DNA of 61,100 bases, filler included, from Diploschistes diacapsis (taxonomy: Eukaryota), in the NCBI GenBank assembly GCA_023645945.1. It is 5 parts of 5 records of this genome, joined end to end, with 100 filler letters (N's around TTAATTAATTAA, not from the genome) between each part and the next. Parts side by side here need not be neighbours in the genome. Positions count along the whole stretch, not along the records: positions 30,794 to 61,100 come from JALAIB010000127.1; 4 more parts are not named here. One strand, given 5' to 3'. Positions 35,168-50,400 of this stretch are shown here, in pieces. The notes under the pieces are model-generated. The model saw only the letters and a list, made by a program, of their open reading frames with translations. It did not search any database and had not been told where the DNA came from. The translations under genes and the position numbers were made by a program. Numbering within the stretch: position 1 is the stretch's first letter; every line of letters begins with the position of its first letter.

Positions 35168-36994
35168 TCATGCAGCAGCGCTCGTGATCACGGGTTCCGG
35201 CGCCTTGGTGACCTGCTCTCCGGCCCTGTAGATCCTCTGGCCCTGGTCGTCCTTGACGTGGTCGACCGCCTTGTTCTCCCTCTGCGCCCTCTTCCAGATC
35301 TCCACTTCGCATCCACCCCTGATCACACCGACGCGCATCGTGCTGAGCAGGTTGTGGGCCGCGTTGGAATGGAAGTAGATTCCGCCATTGAACATCTGTG
35401 TCGCATCCTTGCCGATTCCGCTCTTGATCATTCTGCGATAATGTCAGCGCCGTATCGTCATAGTGGAGAGTAAACGCTCACGCTCGGCCGCCAGGGTGGT
35501 GGGAGATGAACTCCGTTACATCGTGGACGACACCTGCGATGGCGATGAGGCCGCGACCGTTGGAAGTCTGTTCCACATAGTCGTCCCATTCTATAATGGG
35601 CAATTGTTCGAGCGGCACGCCCCAGTCGAGCCGAGAACGCTTCTGGTCGAGCTTTTTCTGCGCTTGCTGGAGGCGACCCTTTTCAATCTCGTTCTGCTTG
35701 AACTTCTTCAAGTCGTAGGCCAGACCGACGGTCTTGCAGGTCCAGATGAGCCACTTGGTTGGGTCGTACTGCTGCCATTCGATTGCGTTCCTGTAGTCCG
35801 AAGGAAACTCGTGGTGGAAGTTGTGGTATCTGCAGCAAAAAAATTTAAAAAAAAATAATTAGCCAAGCACTCTCTTTAAAACAACAAGGGCAAGGCTAAC
35901 CCTTCCCCCAGCGTTACCAGGGCGGTGAGGACGTGGTCGCGAGGCGAGTTGCGGTCGTCGAACGGCTGGTCACCAAGCCAATGGGCAAGGGAGTTCACCT
36001 GGAAGGGATTAGCATGGACCAGAGCAACATGTTCGGGGTTTGGGACGCACGCAAAAGGTGGCCTGCTGGACGAAGAAGACGCGCAGTATCCCTGCGTAGA
36101 TGAAGCTACCCAACCAATCGCCCCAGCCGAGACCGCCAACAAGCGTAGGAAAGACGAGGCCGAAGAATATAACCATCTTGATGTAGTGCTTGTGCTGAAA
36201 CTTGACGACTTCGTCCTCGTTCAGATCCGAGATGTCCGTTCTTCCGATCCTCTTGGGACTCTGCTTCAGAAGCATCCAACCGATGTGAGAGTAGAGGAGG
36301 CCCTTTCGGACACTGTACGGATCCTTGTCGGTGTCGGTATAGCGGTGGCTGTTCTGCATCAGCAAGAAGCCGTTGGTGTCCAAGGGCCTGAAACATCTTA
36401 CTGTGCACGGTGGTCGCGAGCCCACCACCTGATCGATCCCTGGACAGCACCAGCACCAGCGGCAGCTAGCAAGACGCGGAGGGGCATTGTAGCCGAATAA
36501 GAAGTATGCTGTTAGACTGTTAGAGAAAGAAAGCTTGTAAATATGGGACAAGAAAACTTACCGCCCACAGTCTGTGGTAACCTGCGGTGATCCCCCTGTA
36601 ACTGTTAGAGAATTGCAACAAAGCTTGCTTCAAGGTGTTCCATACAATCCGGTAATGAAATAATAAGTCACTGCCCACACGGCGGTCTTGAGGTGAAGCG
36701 GAACCCAGATGCTGTATACCAAGCCGTAGATGGGGACGAAAATGATGAGGACGACGTTGAGCCAATTGACATGCTGGATGACTGTCAATAGATGGTTTAG
36801 CGGAGGTATTGGGGGGGTGAAGCAACCTTGTGCCAGTTCTCTCTAGTGATGGGATACTCAGTGATGTGCTTCTTTGACGGATCGTATGACTTGGATCGAT
36901 TTGGCTCGGATGTCTTGGCCATGGGAGAGGGCTGTGAGGTCAGATACTCTGGCTTGATGGCCAGATGGCCGGCAGTGGGCTGGTGAGAAGGCAT
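35168..36994 (-). CDS. OLE1: Delta-9 acyl-CoA desaturase with fused C-terminal cytochrome b5, 8 exons
   Basis: [34 protein letters not shown]is boxes; HPGG cytochrome b5 motif. Confidence 0.96.
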
Positions 36995-38491
36995 GCTGGG
37001 TTTTGAGAGAGGCGGCAGCTAGAGGCCTTTTGAGGTCAGTTGCAGGAAGAATGAAGGTGTGACAGAAAGGAAGGAGAGATTAGGTGGCGTGCGGGTAAAA
37101 TATATAATATATGCGGATGCAGGGGTCATTAGTGGCTTTTCAGTGGCTCAGTTTTTGTGGGGGAACGAGATTGGACAAAGCAAGCAAGCTGAGCAAGCAA
37201 GCAAGCAAGACTAGTAGACTAGTAGTAGGTAGAAGGGTTAGAAGGGTAGAAGGGTAGAAGGGGCAGTAGCAACTTTTTGCCAGGCCTCAACAGCTCAACA
37301 AAAAACGTGGGCTTTCTGCCGGGCGGTCAGACATCGGGAGCTAATGATAGGTCAATAGGTCGATGGGTCAAGATCTCAGGGTCATTTGGCCCCCCTGAAC
37401 GTTGAAGTTGGGAACCTCGGCCTGCAGACCCAAACCCAGTTTTCTCTGGGCGGTGAATTCATTCACAGTTTTTATATACGATTCCATTCCGTATAGAAAT
37501 AGAAATATAGAACAGCGCACACTAGATACTCTTCGTTGAAAGTCTGAAGCCTAACGTAAATAAATATATGCTCCTCGTCTCCGTAATGAGAATCTCTGGT
37601 GTTGTGTGTTGTCAGCCACACAGCCACCACCCCGTCAGAAGTTCCTCCGGCCTCCGGGATGTGCTAGCCTTATAAGGCTACCGTGTCCAACCTTCCTCTC
37701 CAGTCACGCCATGTTGCTGGACAAAAACAATGCAACAACAAAGCCGGAATATCTTCTACCCGGGACCTACCTACCTTCCCCCCTATCCTCCTATCCCTAC
37801 AAAACCCCATAACAAGCCACCACCACCACCAATGAAACGTATCCAATCTCTCAACAACTTCCAGTTTTTCAAATTGTTGTCATACAGCTACAACCTACAT
37901 GTGGAAAGAATTGTTGAGGGTATCTCCAAGCAAGTAATAGTACTTGGGCGATGTAGATTAGAACATGGGTTTGCCTGGACTGGGAACGGTAGGCAATAAT
38001 AGGTACCTCCGTGTTGAGCAAGCAGTTATGGCCTTCAACCGAACACACATACCCGGCTAATAAACAACGTAGATTTCGGGTGTTGCAATTCCCTACCATC
38101 AGCTCGTGCGACCAACGAACCATATAAGCTAGCACGTTTGATTGCTCTATCTACAACCGGCTCCCGCAAAACCCCTCTCCCCGACTTGCTCATACACTAC
38201 TGGGCCTGAACCTGCACTTTCAGCCTTCGCTCTGAACAAGGGGAAGCGGCAGCTCGCGAGTAGCCGGCGAAGAAGGGAAATAAAGGATGCAAACGATATA
38301 CAATGAACGCTTTTCCTTCCCCCCCTCGACTGATCCCCAACATGCAAAACTACCATCCCCCCAATCAGTAACAGTATCACGATGCTGCTGCGCTCCATGT
38401 AATCCCTGACGTGAGCCGAACCCCGAGCGCCTGGTATCATGCCCATGTTCAAATGCTCCAAACGGCCCTGGTGAGGCTGGCACACTGACGC

Positions 38492-41400
38492 TTACGCAAA
38501 ACCAAAGTACTCGCCGCCTGTGGTCATTGCCGTGTAGAGGCGTTGTCTCAGGGTCTCGTAACTATCGTATTCGGGTAGGTCAAGTTCTACAAGGCCGGTT
38601 AGTATGGGATAGACGTGGTTTGGAGAACGGAAAAAAAGACGTACGATTAAAGCAAGTGTGCGAGCTCGGGAGACGATCCTTGTTGCCGTAGTCGCGATGG
38701 ATGTTGAAGCGGCTGAACCCATTCATGCCTTCGAGCTCCTTGAAGCCATTCAGCGGAACTTTGCTTGTACCCGTTACAAATTGTAGGAGCTTGGCACGCT
38801 CTTCCTTATCAAACGAGCGTACGGCTCGCCAGAACCACTGGATCTGAGGTGACGAGAGGTTGTAGTTGTGGTAATCTGTATTGTTCTTCCAATCGTCGAC
38901 GTCAATGTCAGGCAGACCAGAGATCAGTAACTCAAGCTCCTGCTCATTGAAAATTGAAATGAGCTCGGCAGGCACAATGTCATGGAACCCTGGCCATTTG
39001 TTAGCTGTTAGCCGTTGACTTGAACTTCGTAAACTTACCTCCTAAAAAGTGCTCTAGCTGCGCTTTGACCGATCCTGTCAGTCGGTACTCAATAACATGC
39101 TGCACGTATTCTTGCTTGTTCTCTTCTGTAACAGGAATGTTACGACCGTTTTCGATTAGATCAACGACCTCGGTGACACCGAATGCCTCGGTTTCGACCG
39201 AGAAAGTTTCGGTGATGATGTCGGAAATGTCATTCTCAAGCATCCACAGGAGCGATTTGTAGTAGTCCAGGTCAACCGTCTCCATGTCCTTGATTGAGAC
39301 CGGTCGGCCAAGGATCCTCTTGTAAACAGCCCTACTAAAATGGCAGTCTAGGGCTCGCCCTTCGTACAAAGCCTTGCCAATAACGCGACCGATGAACTTG
39401 AAGAACATCAGGTGGTCTGGATTAACATGACTGAGCTTGTTCGGATGAAACGTTGTGCGATCAGACGCTACCGGGATGAAAAGCACATAGTCAGGGTTGA
39501 ACATTTGCCTTGACATGACTTGGAACCACTCCCTCGTCACACCGCCGGCATCAACGCCCTCCTCACCATGGAATCGGATACTGAGCTTGCCGTATTTCGT
39601 CTCTTCCGGGCTCTTAAAGTACAAGGATTTGAAGGAGTCAACGAAAACCTGCTCCCTGCGGACCGACAGCTGTAGCGGCGGTTGAGCGTGGCGAACCTCG
39701 GTCCTTGAATGTAATCGCCGGGTAAAGTAATTGCGCTTGTTGTCAAATTCAAGAACTTTGGGATTCTTGACAAGCAGCGAGAAAGTCCCACTCATCAGAC
39801 GGGGGTTGTGTCGCACGAGATCATTTAATATCTTTCTATGCTCCTCAGTGAAGCGGAAGAACAGGTTCTCTATTCCGGACTCGGGGACTGGACTGGTGAC
39901 GGAAAATTCTCTGACAGTCTTTTGGGCCGCAGATTCCTGAAGCGCAGTATTCTTGCAGACCACCATGAGAGCTTCCACTAGCGGTAGAAGAATTGTGGCA
40001 ACATTGAGCATGTAGTTCCTTTCTTTCATGGAGCTTAGGCATTCGCTCAATTTGCCCCAGAGGGGACCAAATGTTGAGCTCTCATAGAGTGTGGTCAGAA
40101 TATCCTCCTTCGCCAAGGATGACCGAGCTTGGTCTCCTTCAGCATCGGCTTTTGCCATGCGTTTTGGATCAAAGAGATAGTCGAGGGCCGTCAATACACG
40201 AAGGAGTTTTGCCTGGTCAGCTGATGGTGCCGCAAACTTTGTCATTGCTGGGGCTGCCTGAATGTCCGAGCCGCTTTCTGCACACCGAATTTGTGGAATA
40301 AGCTCGTCAAGCTCCTTGGAAATGACATTACCTAACTCTTGCGCTTGCATAATCAATTCTTTCCCAAACACCTCCTGAGCCAATGGAATAGCCGACAAGT
40401 TGTTGATAGTGGAGACCGTATCACGGAAGGTCTTCGCGCTGCACTCTCGAGCAGCTAAAACACCAACAACCAAACGAAGATTGTGCTCAGGGACGACGGG
40501 AGGCACCAAGTTGCGATCCTTTTTAGGCTCCTCGGTCTTGCTCGATTCTTGCGGCTTCGTTGACGAATCGGCCACCGGCTCTACTGTCTGCCCGGCATCT
40601 GTTGCCTGTTCGTGCAACTCTTGAGGTGCAGCGGTCTCAGCCTCAACTGAGGGTGTTCGTTCCGTTGCCCGTTCCTCTCGCATGTCTCGAGTGCCATTCG
40701 ATGCTTCATCAATGCCCTCTGGAGGCTCCTTCGCATTTTCTTCACCCGCCCTCTCTTTCTCTCTCCTTTGTAGCATCATCAAGGGGTGAGTTATACTTTG
40801 CAGCAGCGTTGACAGTTGCTCCATACAACCCGCACTATCTAGAATCAACGGTCGATCCAACAAGCCTAAAAGGGAATTAAGGGCAAACTTAGAGGCGCGA
40901 TTGTCCTTGCCCTTGCCTTTTTTAGATGATTTGCCCCTAGAAGCATTATCATTCTCGGCAAGGAAGAAAGAGGGAACATGCATGTTGTGGGTGGTGAGGT
41001 ATACCAGGGTACTGAGGCACTGCTGTATTATCGTAGCTGGCGACATATCAGAGTTCAGTGGAGCGACGAAAGAGCCAGTAGAAGTCCTTTTCAGCGGCTG
41101 AGGGTTTTTCTGCGTCGTCTGCGAGGGCTTGGCCCGGATAGAGAGATGCATGAAGCTCTTCTCAATAGCGTTAACGTCCATGCTACCTTCTTGCAGAACA
41201 GAGAGCAAAAGGCTAAGAACCTCGGCACGGTTTTGGCGGTTCTGCGAAACATTCTCGAGAATCTTGTTCAGTGCATCCTTGGCACTACCCTGCTGAGAAA
41301 TGAAGAGAAGGCGTAGTAAGGTTGCAACGCCAGCTTTGTCCAACATCTGCACGACCTGTCGCCGGTGTTTTTTAGCTGATGTTTCCGGCTGTTCTTCAGC

Positions 41401-44400
41401 TGGTCGACGTTGAGCATTTGATCGATGGAGCCTAGGTATGGGTAGTTCGGCCCAACGCCCCATGCGATCATTTCCGCCAAGGGCCCTGGCTTCGGCTTGA
41501 ATGTCTGCCGGAAGTTGATTCAGCATATCATCGTCCTGCTCGAGAAGCACAGCGCTCCGTAGATGGGGGTCCAAAGAAGCCAAAAAGCTTGCCGGATCCA
41601 TCTCTTCTGCTCGAGCTGCAGGAGGCGCGTTTCCGTTAGCTGCCGCTTGGCGTCGAGCCTCTTCACGCTCACGCCTTCGACGATCTGCCGCCTCTTGCTG
41701 GAGGATTTCTTGGCGGATATCGGGAGGAAGGGCGTTGAGAAATTCTGGGCTGATCTCTGTGGGTGCCTCGCCAGCAACAGCTGCTTGCGATCGCTGCTCA
41801 GCGAGTTGCTGCATCAATACCTCCTCTCGAAGTTCGTCCGGAAGTGCATTTAAATACTCAAGGTCAATACCAAGGCCAGTGATGTCCACTTCTCGACCCC
41901 GGAAAGTAGCACGAATACGCTCCGTCTCTGCGGAGGCCACTGGTTCCGCAGTAGTACTCGGTGGATCGGCAGGCGCATTAGGGGCAGTCTCGGTGGCAGT
42001 AACGGTCTCCAGGCCTTCCATAGCATTCTCGTCTCGGCTCCCGGCCTCATTGGCTTCGGCTTCAGCTTCAGCTTCAGGTTGCTCATCCGCCGGCTCATCC
42101 TGCTCCTCTGTCTGCTCTTCGGTAGGTTCTTCCGTAGGCACAGCATGTTCCGCTGCAGTTATTTCTGCGGCCTCACGTTCGGCAGCTTCTCGCTCCTCAT
42201 TTTCGCGTTGCTCTTGGGCCTCTTTGTCGGCCTTTTCATTTGCTAGACGTTCCTCTTCTGCTTTGGCTTCTTCTGCCGCTTTTTGTTTCTTCTCAGCTTC
42301 CTCGCGTACTTCTTGCTCCTTGCGTTTCTTCTCGTCCTCGAGTGCTGGTGGAACAAGCATCTTTAGCAGCGCGCCGACCACTTTTTGCGTCTTTTCAAGG
42401 TAATTGTTCGCGCCAAAGAGCATTTGAGCTTCTTCTTGCCACCTACGAATCGTCCGAGTGGGATAGAAAAGAGGAACAAGTGAGGAGTCGTCGCGCGATG
42501 GCCTTGGAACGCCTATTTCAGCACGTCGCGTTGAAAGAAGCCTTTGCAGTTCGCCAGGCAAAGGAAGGACGGTCCCGCTACCACCACCAATCTGGATTTG
42601 TAATGCTTGGGGTACACCCGCTTCGAGCGGTCCTCCGCCTCCTATAGCCGCCATCATACTGTTTATGATCGAGATTGGCCCTCCTGATCGAGGTCGAGTG
42701 TGGAACATCTGAATCCAGTCACTGAAAGGCGCCGTAGGATCCCACGGATTGCGACTAGGACCATGCCGAGGAGTAGAGGAAGGAGAACGCTGCAGCAATG
42801 GATTCGTTCCCTCGTCACCAGAGCGATCGGCGCCAAGTCGGTTGTGTGAGCGATATGTCGGCACTATAACACCGCGATCTACCCCAGGTGGGAATATCGT
42901 CCAGGGACTTGGAATCCTCCGCGTCCCACCGTGATGGTGGTGGTGATGGTGCCTTGTTGCGGTGAGATCAGGCTCATCGTCTGCGTCCCAGCCCCATGGC
43001 GGCACGTCACCTTCGTCATCGTCGTAATCAGCCTCGAAGGCAACATCCTCATCCTCCGCATCCTCGTCGTCGTCTTCTTCTTCATCACCTTCGGCATTAT
43101 AACGGGCATCCCCCATATCCATATCCATTTCAAATACGCCCGGTGGAGGGACCCCTACTCCGTGCCCAATATCGTTTTGTAGGTCCAAAACAAGGTCCCC
43201 CATCGGACCTCGTAAAGCGTGCCCGTGCCCTACTCCCTCTGCAGCCTCTTGTTCGTCTCCTTGGTCAGCAGCAACGTGTTCAAGACCTTCACCCGGCTCA
43301 TCATCGCTAAAATTATCTCCACCATCATCATCCTGCCATCCATCTTCCGCATCGTCGGCAAGACTATCATTCTCATCGTCGCCGTTGATATCGTCATCAA
43401 TGATTTCAACATCACCTTCATCCTCCATGTCTTCATCATCTTCATCCTCGGAGTCCTCGGAGTCATCCTCATCTTCGGACTGATCATCCTCGCCGTCAAT
43501 AATCACCTCAACGTCCATAGCGGTGTCACCTGGCAAGCCTTCAACTGGTCCAGCATCATCAAGTTCCTCGTCTTCGTCGCTGACAACTTCATCCCCGTCG
43601 CGCTCAATTTCTTCTTCGTAGTCCATTTCATCCCCGTACTCCTCATCATACATGTCTTCGTCTACTTCAGAGGACTCTTCGCTTGGTTGCTCGTCCCGCC
43701 CTGGCTCCAAAATGCCAAGTGTAGAGTTGCGGAAGAGATCCGGGGTTTCTTCGCGCTCAACATCCATCTCAGACACCGAAGATGCAGTTGAGATGTCGTC
43801 CTCGTCAGTCTGCCCAGGCATTGAAGAAATATCGGAATTTTGGCTAAGTTCGATAGCGGTATCCGTTAGTGTCTTGAGAGGACGAAGAATGTACTTTATG
43901 ACTCGCCGTGAGTTTGGAAAGTTAAGATCCACGTCAGCGATTGCATTAGTCAAAGTTGAGATATAGTTCCTCTCGAACATGATCTTTGCTATACCCTTCT
44001 GAATGACGGAGTTCACCTCGGAGTTGTACGCCTGAATATTAGGGACAACACGACCAACAAGTAATCGGATAAAGAGATCAGCAAGACTCAATAGACGACC
44101 ATACTTTGCGTCAAGAGGCTCGTCGACGACGGAAGCGTCTTTGAATGCCTTCAATGCGTTCTCGAGTACAAATTTGCGCACAAAGAGAAGGTCACTGTCA
44201 GACTCTTCCGCTCCTTCCTCATCTTTCGTAGCAGACGGCTTGGGATTCGGCTTGAGGCAGAGCCCGACAATAGCACACATTGCCCAATTGGACTGACCAG
44301 CTCTCTTCTTTGGGACAACTGATTCCGGTCGATCCAATGTTCCACAGGGTATGAGCCGTGTTAGAAGGTAGTTCAAAGCCCCAGATCGCGGCTTTGAAGG

Positions 44401-47400
44401 GGTTCCCGGCTTAGGGTCGGCCTTAGCAGAGAAGTTGATGAACTCGATCTTGGCGGCCGGATAAGACATGAGCAACTCTGTCAGACACTGAAGCAAGAAA
44501 CACCGATAATTGTAAATAGGGTGTTGTTCGGCCTGATAGTCTTCTTTCTTATCTGCGTCCCTTTTCGTCGCATCCCCGGAAGTCATCAAGCTTAAGTTAG
44601 GAGAAGAAGTGGAGTTAAGGTCATTGCTTTCGGCATTCTTGTCATTCTTTGGTACATCTTGAGTGATATCTTCAGAAACTTTGTCCTCCACATCTTTGTA
44701 AGACAAAAGCTGCGACAAAAGATAGTGAGTAACGCCATCTGGCCTCTCGACTATAGGTACCTTCGTCTCGACTAATTGTGACTTTTCTTCTGCAGCCTGA
44801 GCTTCTTCTGTGCTGGGCTGAACTGTAGCAGGAGTTTCTTCTAGTGTTGTTTTGGTCTGAGCATGACTTGACTCAGATTCTTGTTGCTCTTTCTTGAGGG
44901 AAAGAATTTGAGGTTTTTGGCCTGGCTCGTAGCGCTCAAGCCGTACCTTTTCGTTCGTAACCTCCAAGAATAGCGACGGCGATCGGATGATCAAGTGGGC
45001 CATGTGCCGCACGTAGGCCGTTGTGTCATGTTGGCTCCGGCGGGCTGGCTTGAAGAAGTTGATAATCTCAGAGCGAATTGCATCCCGTATTATATCTTCG
45101 TCTTCCATTATGTGGCGCAACACTAGTAGAAATGTTTTCTGAAATCGCTCATCACTAACGCCGGCAAGTTGCTTCACCACAACGAACAGCCGTTGAAGAT
45201 TATGTTTATCACCTAGCCTGTCCGCTAGAACACGCTCTCGGGACAATATCACAAGAATTCGAACAACTGATAGCGCCAGGGATTCGTCTTTTCCAATGCG
45301 AGGAAGAATGCTGATGACCGCCTCAAACAGCTTCGCTTTGTCTTCAAGACTTATGGTCGGATGCTCGATCTCAGCAATGGGATCTTTCCAGTCTTTTGTG
45401 TTCACGACAGTGTCTGCGGTTGACGGTGTCCAATGGATTTGCTGCGGCTGTACATCCTCAGCAAGGAGCTTTTCAAGTACCAAAAGAACTTGGGCCACCC
45501 ATGGGGATGACGGCGGTTCGCTGTTCTCAGGCTCAGAGAAGATGTGTACGAACTTCACCAGATCTGTAAAATTCTTCTCAATTTCTTCATACGCTGCGTC
45601 ATAGAATTCTTTCTGCTGTAGAATGATGGCCAGCAGGCTTGCATACGAGGCGACTTTATGCCCGTTAGGACGAAAGTCTTCGTCCTTCTGGAAGGAAATC
45701 AAAGACGGAACAAGAGTCTCGCAAACTTCTCTCCGCATTGTGGGTGCATCAGGAGCTTTAGAGGCCGCAGTGGTGATGAGATCCGCAAGATCGAATGCGA
45801 TGCCTTCGTGTGTGCTTAACATGTCAAGTACGTGGTCTATCAAACTCTCACGAACCCCACTTCGCAGATCGTTAAGCTCATCAATTGTAGACATGTCATG
45901 AGCTTGGATTTCTGAAGATTTCGGTGGCTGTGGAGCCGAAAGTTCTCTGTTATGGTCAGTGTTCTCTTGATCAGCGGTTGATTGTGGCTGCGTTGCCTGT
46001 TCCGAGAGATTGAGAAGGTTGTCAATACTCATGGCCATGCCGTTTTCATCGTCAACGTCCTGAGTTCCGGCCCGCGAAGACTCGACCGCTGGCGTAACGG
46101 GTCCAGCTACTGCACTGTTATCAACGCGAGTTTCGTTTTGAGGGTTGTGCATTGCAAACGCCTCAATATTGGCAGGCTCTGGATCATCTGAAGTGACAGA
46201 GGATTCTTCATGGGCACTCTCTTCTTCCGCATCCGGAATAGTTTCGGCTGATGGTAAACGCTGAGGGGTAGGAGAAGGCGATGGTGCCTTGCTTTCCCGT
46301 TCGAACTGTTCATAAGACGGTATCGGTACCCTCGGAATACTCAGTTTACATAAATGTGCATCACAATACTCCTCAGCGGCCTCCCGGTTGTTGAAGCACC
46401 GGTAGAGCGACTCGCTTGCCAGCTCGGCCGGGACACCTCGCGCCTGAAGCGCGGCCCGTCTGTCCGAAGAAGTAGCATATGTCTTTACATCTGGCTTCTT
46501 CCGGACAGGTACAGGGTCTGACCGTTGGAGTGCGCCAGTTTCGTGATCGGCTTCCATAATCGACCTCAAAATGTCAATCAAGCATTTCACTACCGCCACC
46601 GAGGATTTCTCTGCGATTGCAGAATCCCAAATAGGCTTGACGGATGCTAGTACGAGTACGCGCAAGTCGACAAGAAACTGGCTGGGTGAGAAATAGTAGG
46701 CACTGTCTCTATCTCGGTCGCGTTCACTAGTCTGCACTGCTTGGCTTTGTGCTGACTCAATGATGGTTTTAGGGGTCGTAAGCTGCCCATAGAAGCTGAG
46801 AATGATTTTCATCGCTCCAAGCGCACACGACACTAATGCTCTGTCCTGTTCCTCAGACTTGCGGGAGACTTCGTTGAGAAACATCTCGAGGAGTTCATTC
46901 ACAATGCGCAAGCCACCTTGTCTTTTGAAGGACTGAAGGATGAGTGTAAGGCACATGGAACCATGACGATCTGCAGGACCACCAGCTACGAGTTGCGAGG
47001 TCGAAGTTAACACGACGATCAGATATGCAAATCGATCTCTAGCGCTTGCCGCGCCCAGTGCGCTGTACTGGAGCTCTCCAATCGCCGCCTCAGCAATCGA
47101 ATCGGCGACTTTATAGCCATTCTGTCGTAGGTAAGGGTCAAGCCGACGCTTCGGTACCAGCGATCTGCCGAGACCTTGTAAGAACGGCGTGATGGTCAAA
47201 GGTATTTGAGAGAGGAGATAGCGAAGAACAGGTGCATTTTTCAACATCAATTCAGTTTCTACAGAATTGAGCGACGAGCGACTGGAGGCGCCCGACACAC
47301 TTGCCTGCGATTGGCGCCTTAAAGAAGGGCCATTTCCAGAGGTGTCTGTGCTGTCATTTCCTATAAGCCCAAGTACTCGGTCTGCTTCTTCGGTACCGAA

Positions 47401-50400
47401 GCCATGCGCATCTATTCTGGTTGAATGTTTCAGCGAGTCCGGCAGGCGCCTCTGCAATAGGATTTCTTCCCACAAGCATACACGATGTAGTTTTCCTAGA
47501 CCTTTGACTAATAGGCAATAGTAGTCTGCTAGATTTACCTGGCTGAACAAGGTATGTTGTGACCTTGTTGTCGACATGACCGGCTGAGTGAAGCACTGAG
47601 TTAAGATTGTGCAGAGGGTGTGCACCTCAACTAGAGCTTTTACTACCTCCCTGCCATTGGACAAACTATAATCCTGTGATCCATCTTCCCTGACTGTACT
47701 GTCCAAATATCGGGAGAAGAAGGTCGTTTGGCTCTCAAACGACGTGAATTTATCGAGTTTCGATAGGGATGCCGTTGTCCGTACAAGCACCGCCGGTAAG
47801 ACGAGATGGGGCTTATGTTCCATAAGCGTATGCACTATTCGGGCCAAATCATGGCTCTCGTGTCTGTTGTTGAAGTCGTGCGGTAAACTTGGTAAAGTTG
47901 CGACATCAAGAACAAATTCAACACCTCCGGCCTGAATAAGGGTACTACAAGAGGCGTGATTTTCGCAGAAGCCCACAAGAAAGCTCGTGAGAACGCTCAG
48001 GTAATCAGTAACGGCTATGGACTGTCGAGTCTTGCTAGAACCGGGTGAATAAGAGCCAGACATTTCAACATCGTCGGAATCGATGGCACTCTTGTTGGAT
48101 ACTAACTTACCATCGGCATCTGCCGACCACAGAGAGGCACCCTCAAACTTTTCGGTAGCTCTCTTCCTGCATAAGTAACTCACACGCGCCATGGTAACGA
48201 CAATAGCACGAATAACAGTATGTTTGAGTCTGGGGTGATGCCTAACAAGCTCGTCAAAGGTATTGCCAAGTACCTTCGCTGTACTAATGTCGGATGATAG
48301 TGCCTTGACGTGCTCTGCACTCTCAAAAATTTCGCAGAACACATCCAGCACGCCCGAATTAAGGAGAAGCTCCTGGCCAGAATTGTTCAGACACATGGCA
48401 CCGAAAACCTGAGGGATCTGAACGATGGTGTCTGTGGCCGGTAATATACCTTTGGCAAGCTCGGCATTCTTTGAACGCAATAAGGTGATTTCATCGCCAC
48501 GCTCGGATTCAAGATCCGTTGATGTCTGCTTGTAGACGAACAGCTTCTCGCCATCATCGGATTTCAAAACCTTGATGGCCTCGTCGGCGCGCCCTGTAGA
48601 TTCAGAGCCGGAAGCAGTAGTATCAATACTTTTCTGGGCTATTGCCTCTAGTAAAGCTTTGCTTAAGCCAGCTTCCAGGATTACAGCATAGCTGGTGGGT
48701 TCATTGTGGATGAAACTGCTCATAATATTAATGGCACCGCTCCAGATATTTGATCCGAAGATCTTAGCGTTCTCTATGACATCGCGTAGCCCAGTTAGAA
48801 GTTGCGGCGAGTCGATCAAGTTTCGGACCAGCCGGTCGGCGTTGCCGCTCGATTGGGTGAGCATTGAATTGATAAATTTGAAAAGCCAACGAAGAGTTTG
48901 TTGCTGGAAAAAGGGCATTTCGTAGTCCATGACATGGCTCTTGAAATTGCCTGGAATGGCCTTGCCTGCCCTAACCTGCTCCAGGGAAGATGCTACCTCG
49001 TAGGCCACTAGATCCGCTACAACATGGAAGCCCTTGCTGTTTGCAAATGTTTGCAGCGAGTCTCGTGCTCCATGGGTAATTGTCATTATGAACATAAGAA
49101 TCCGAGAGTGAACACGCTCGGCCTTCTCAGTTTTTAGCTCGAGGACCCTAACCAAGATGTCAAAAAGACCTGCGCCAATGAGAGTCTCTGCAGTCCGCGA
49201 ACTCGAGCCCGTTGTTGGGAGACTATCGAGGAGAGAGAACAAAGCTTCCCGCCAATCGTCATGAAGTAGGCTATCGCTATCGATGCTTTCAGAGCCTAGG
49301 TCGGTAATAGCATCTTGTAGGATGTGAAAAATGATCCCATGATTGACGTTAACCTGCAAGGCCGCGCAGACATCACCAAATCGGCTTTTGTGCTTTGATA
49401 ACCCCTCAAGGGCGCCAACTGCGGTCGTTCGGAGTTCAAGAGGCAGGCTCGATCGTGTTTTGTTCGCTGGTCGGACTATATCCGCAAGCTGGTGCACAAT
49501 CTGGAGCCTCCTTGGTTCATCAGAGTCTTGCTGTAGGACCTTTTGCTGATACATGTTTTCTGGATAAATGTATGCAAGATTCGTAATAGCAAGTATCCGG
49601 ACTTCAACGACCTGAAGTCTTGAGCTACGGGACTCCGCCATTGCTTTTGCAACACGAAGTCGATGCAGGAACTCGTAGTGAGCTGTTTTTGGTAGATCGC
49701 CCAGGTGTGCAGCCAGTAGCTGTTCTAGTGTAGACTTTTTGAGCGTCGAACTCGAGATATTTATGGAACGATAGCCATTGCTTTGCAGAGCCTGTTGAGG
49801 CATATTCTGTGGTTCATTGTTGTCACCTGCTTCAACTGATGTGGAAGAATCACCTCCACCTGGTCGTTGAGATCGGGACAGGGCGGAGGCTTTTCTTGGT
49901 GGAGTTTGACTCGGCAGCGACACACCAGAAGTTTGAGCTATAGGCGAACTTTCATCTGCAGATTCTGGTGAAGGCGAGGTGTGATAATATTGGAAGCTGA
50001 CATTTCCAAATTCTAGGTACGCTTCCTGGAGAGCTTCTGACGGATCTTCCTTAACAAAGCTCATTAAATCATTGTTATTAAGGGACTTCCGCCTAGCTCG
50101 CTGCGCACTAGATGCCTTCTCTTTCCCCTTCGGATTGGAAGAGCTTGCCACCATCGACTGTTCAGGACTGGCGATTATCGTAGCCTTCACAAAGGGCTCG
50201 ACTAACTTTTGAACTCGATCGAGACTAATATTGTAGTGACTGCTGAGCAGGCTAGGGCTCAGGGCATGAGGTTGGGCACTGCGCGCCCGAGAGTAGTGAT
50301 AGCGGATAGCAAGGCGAAAGGCTAAATGCAGGGTCGACGAGAGTAGCGACAAAGAGGTTGTGTTCAAAAGTTCTCCTAGCCGCTCGCTACTGCTGTACAA

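Noticed and set aside
37415..37420. CCTCGG (FarA/FarB-type motif) upstream of OLE1
   Set aside because: A single hexamer is expected by chance; unsupported without conservation data
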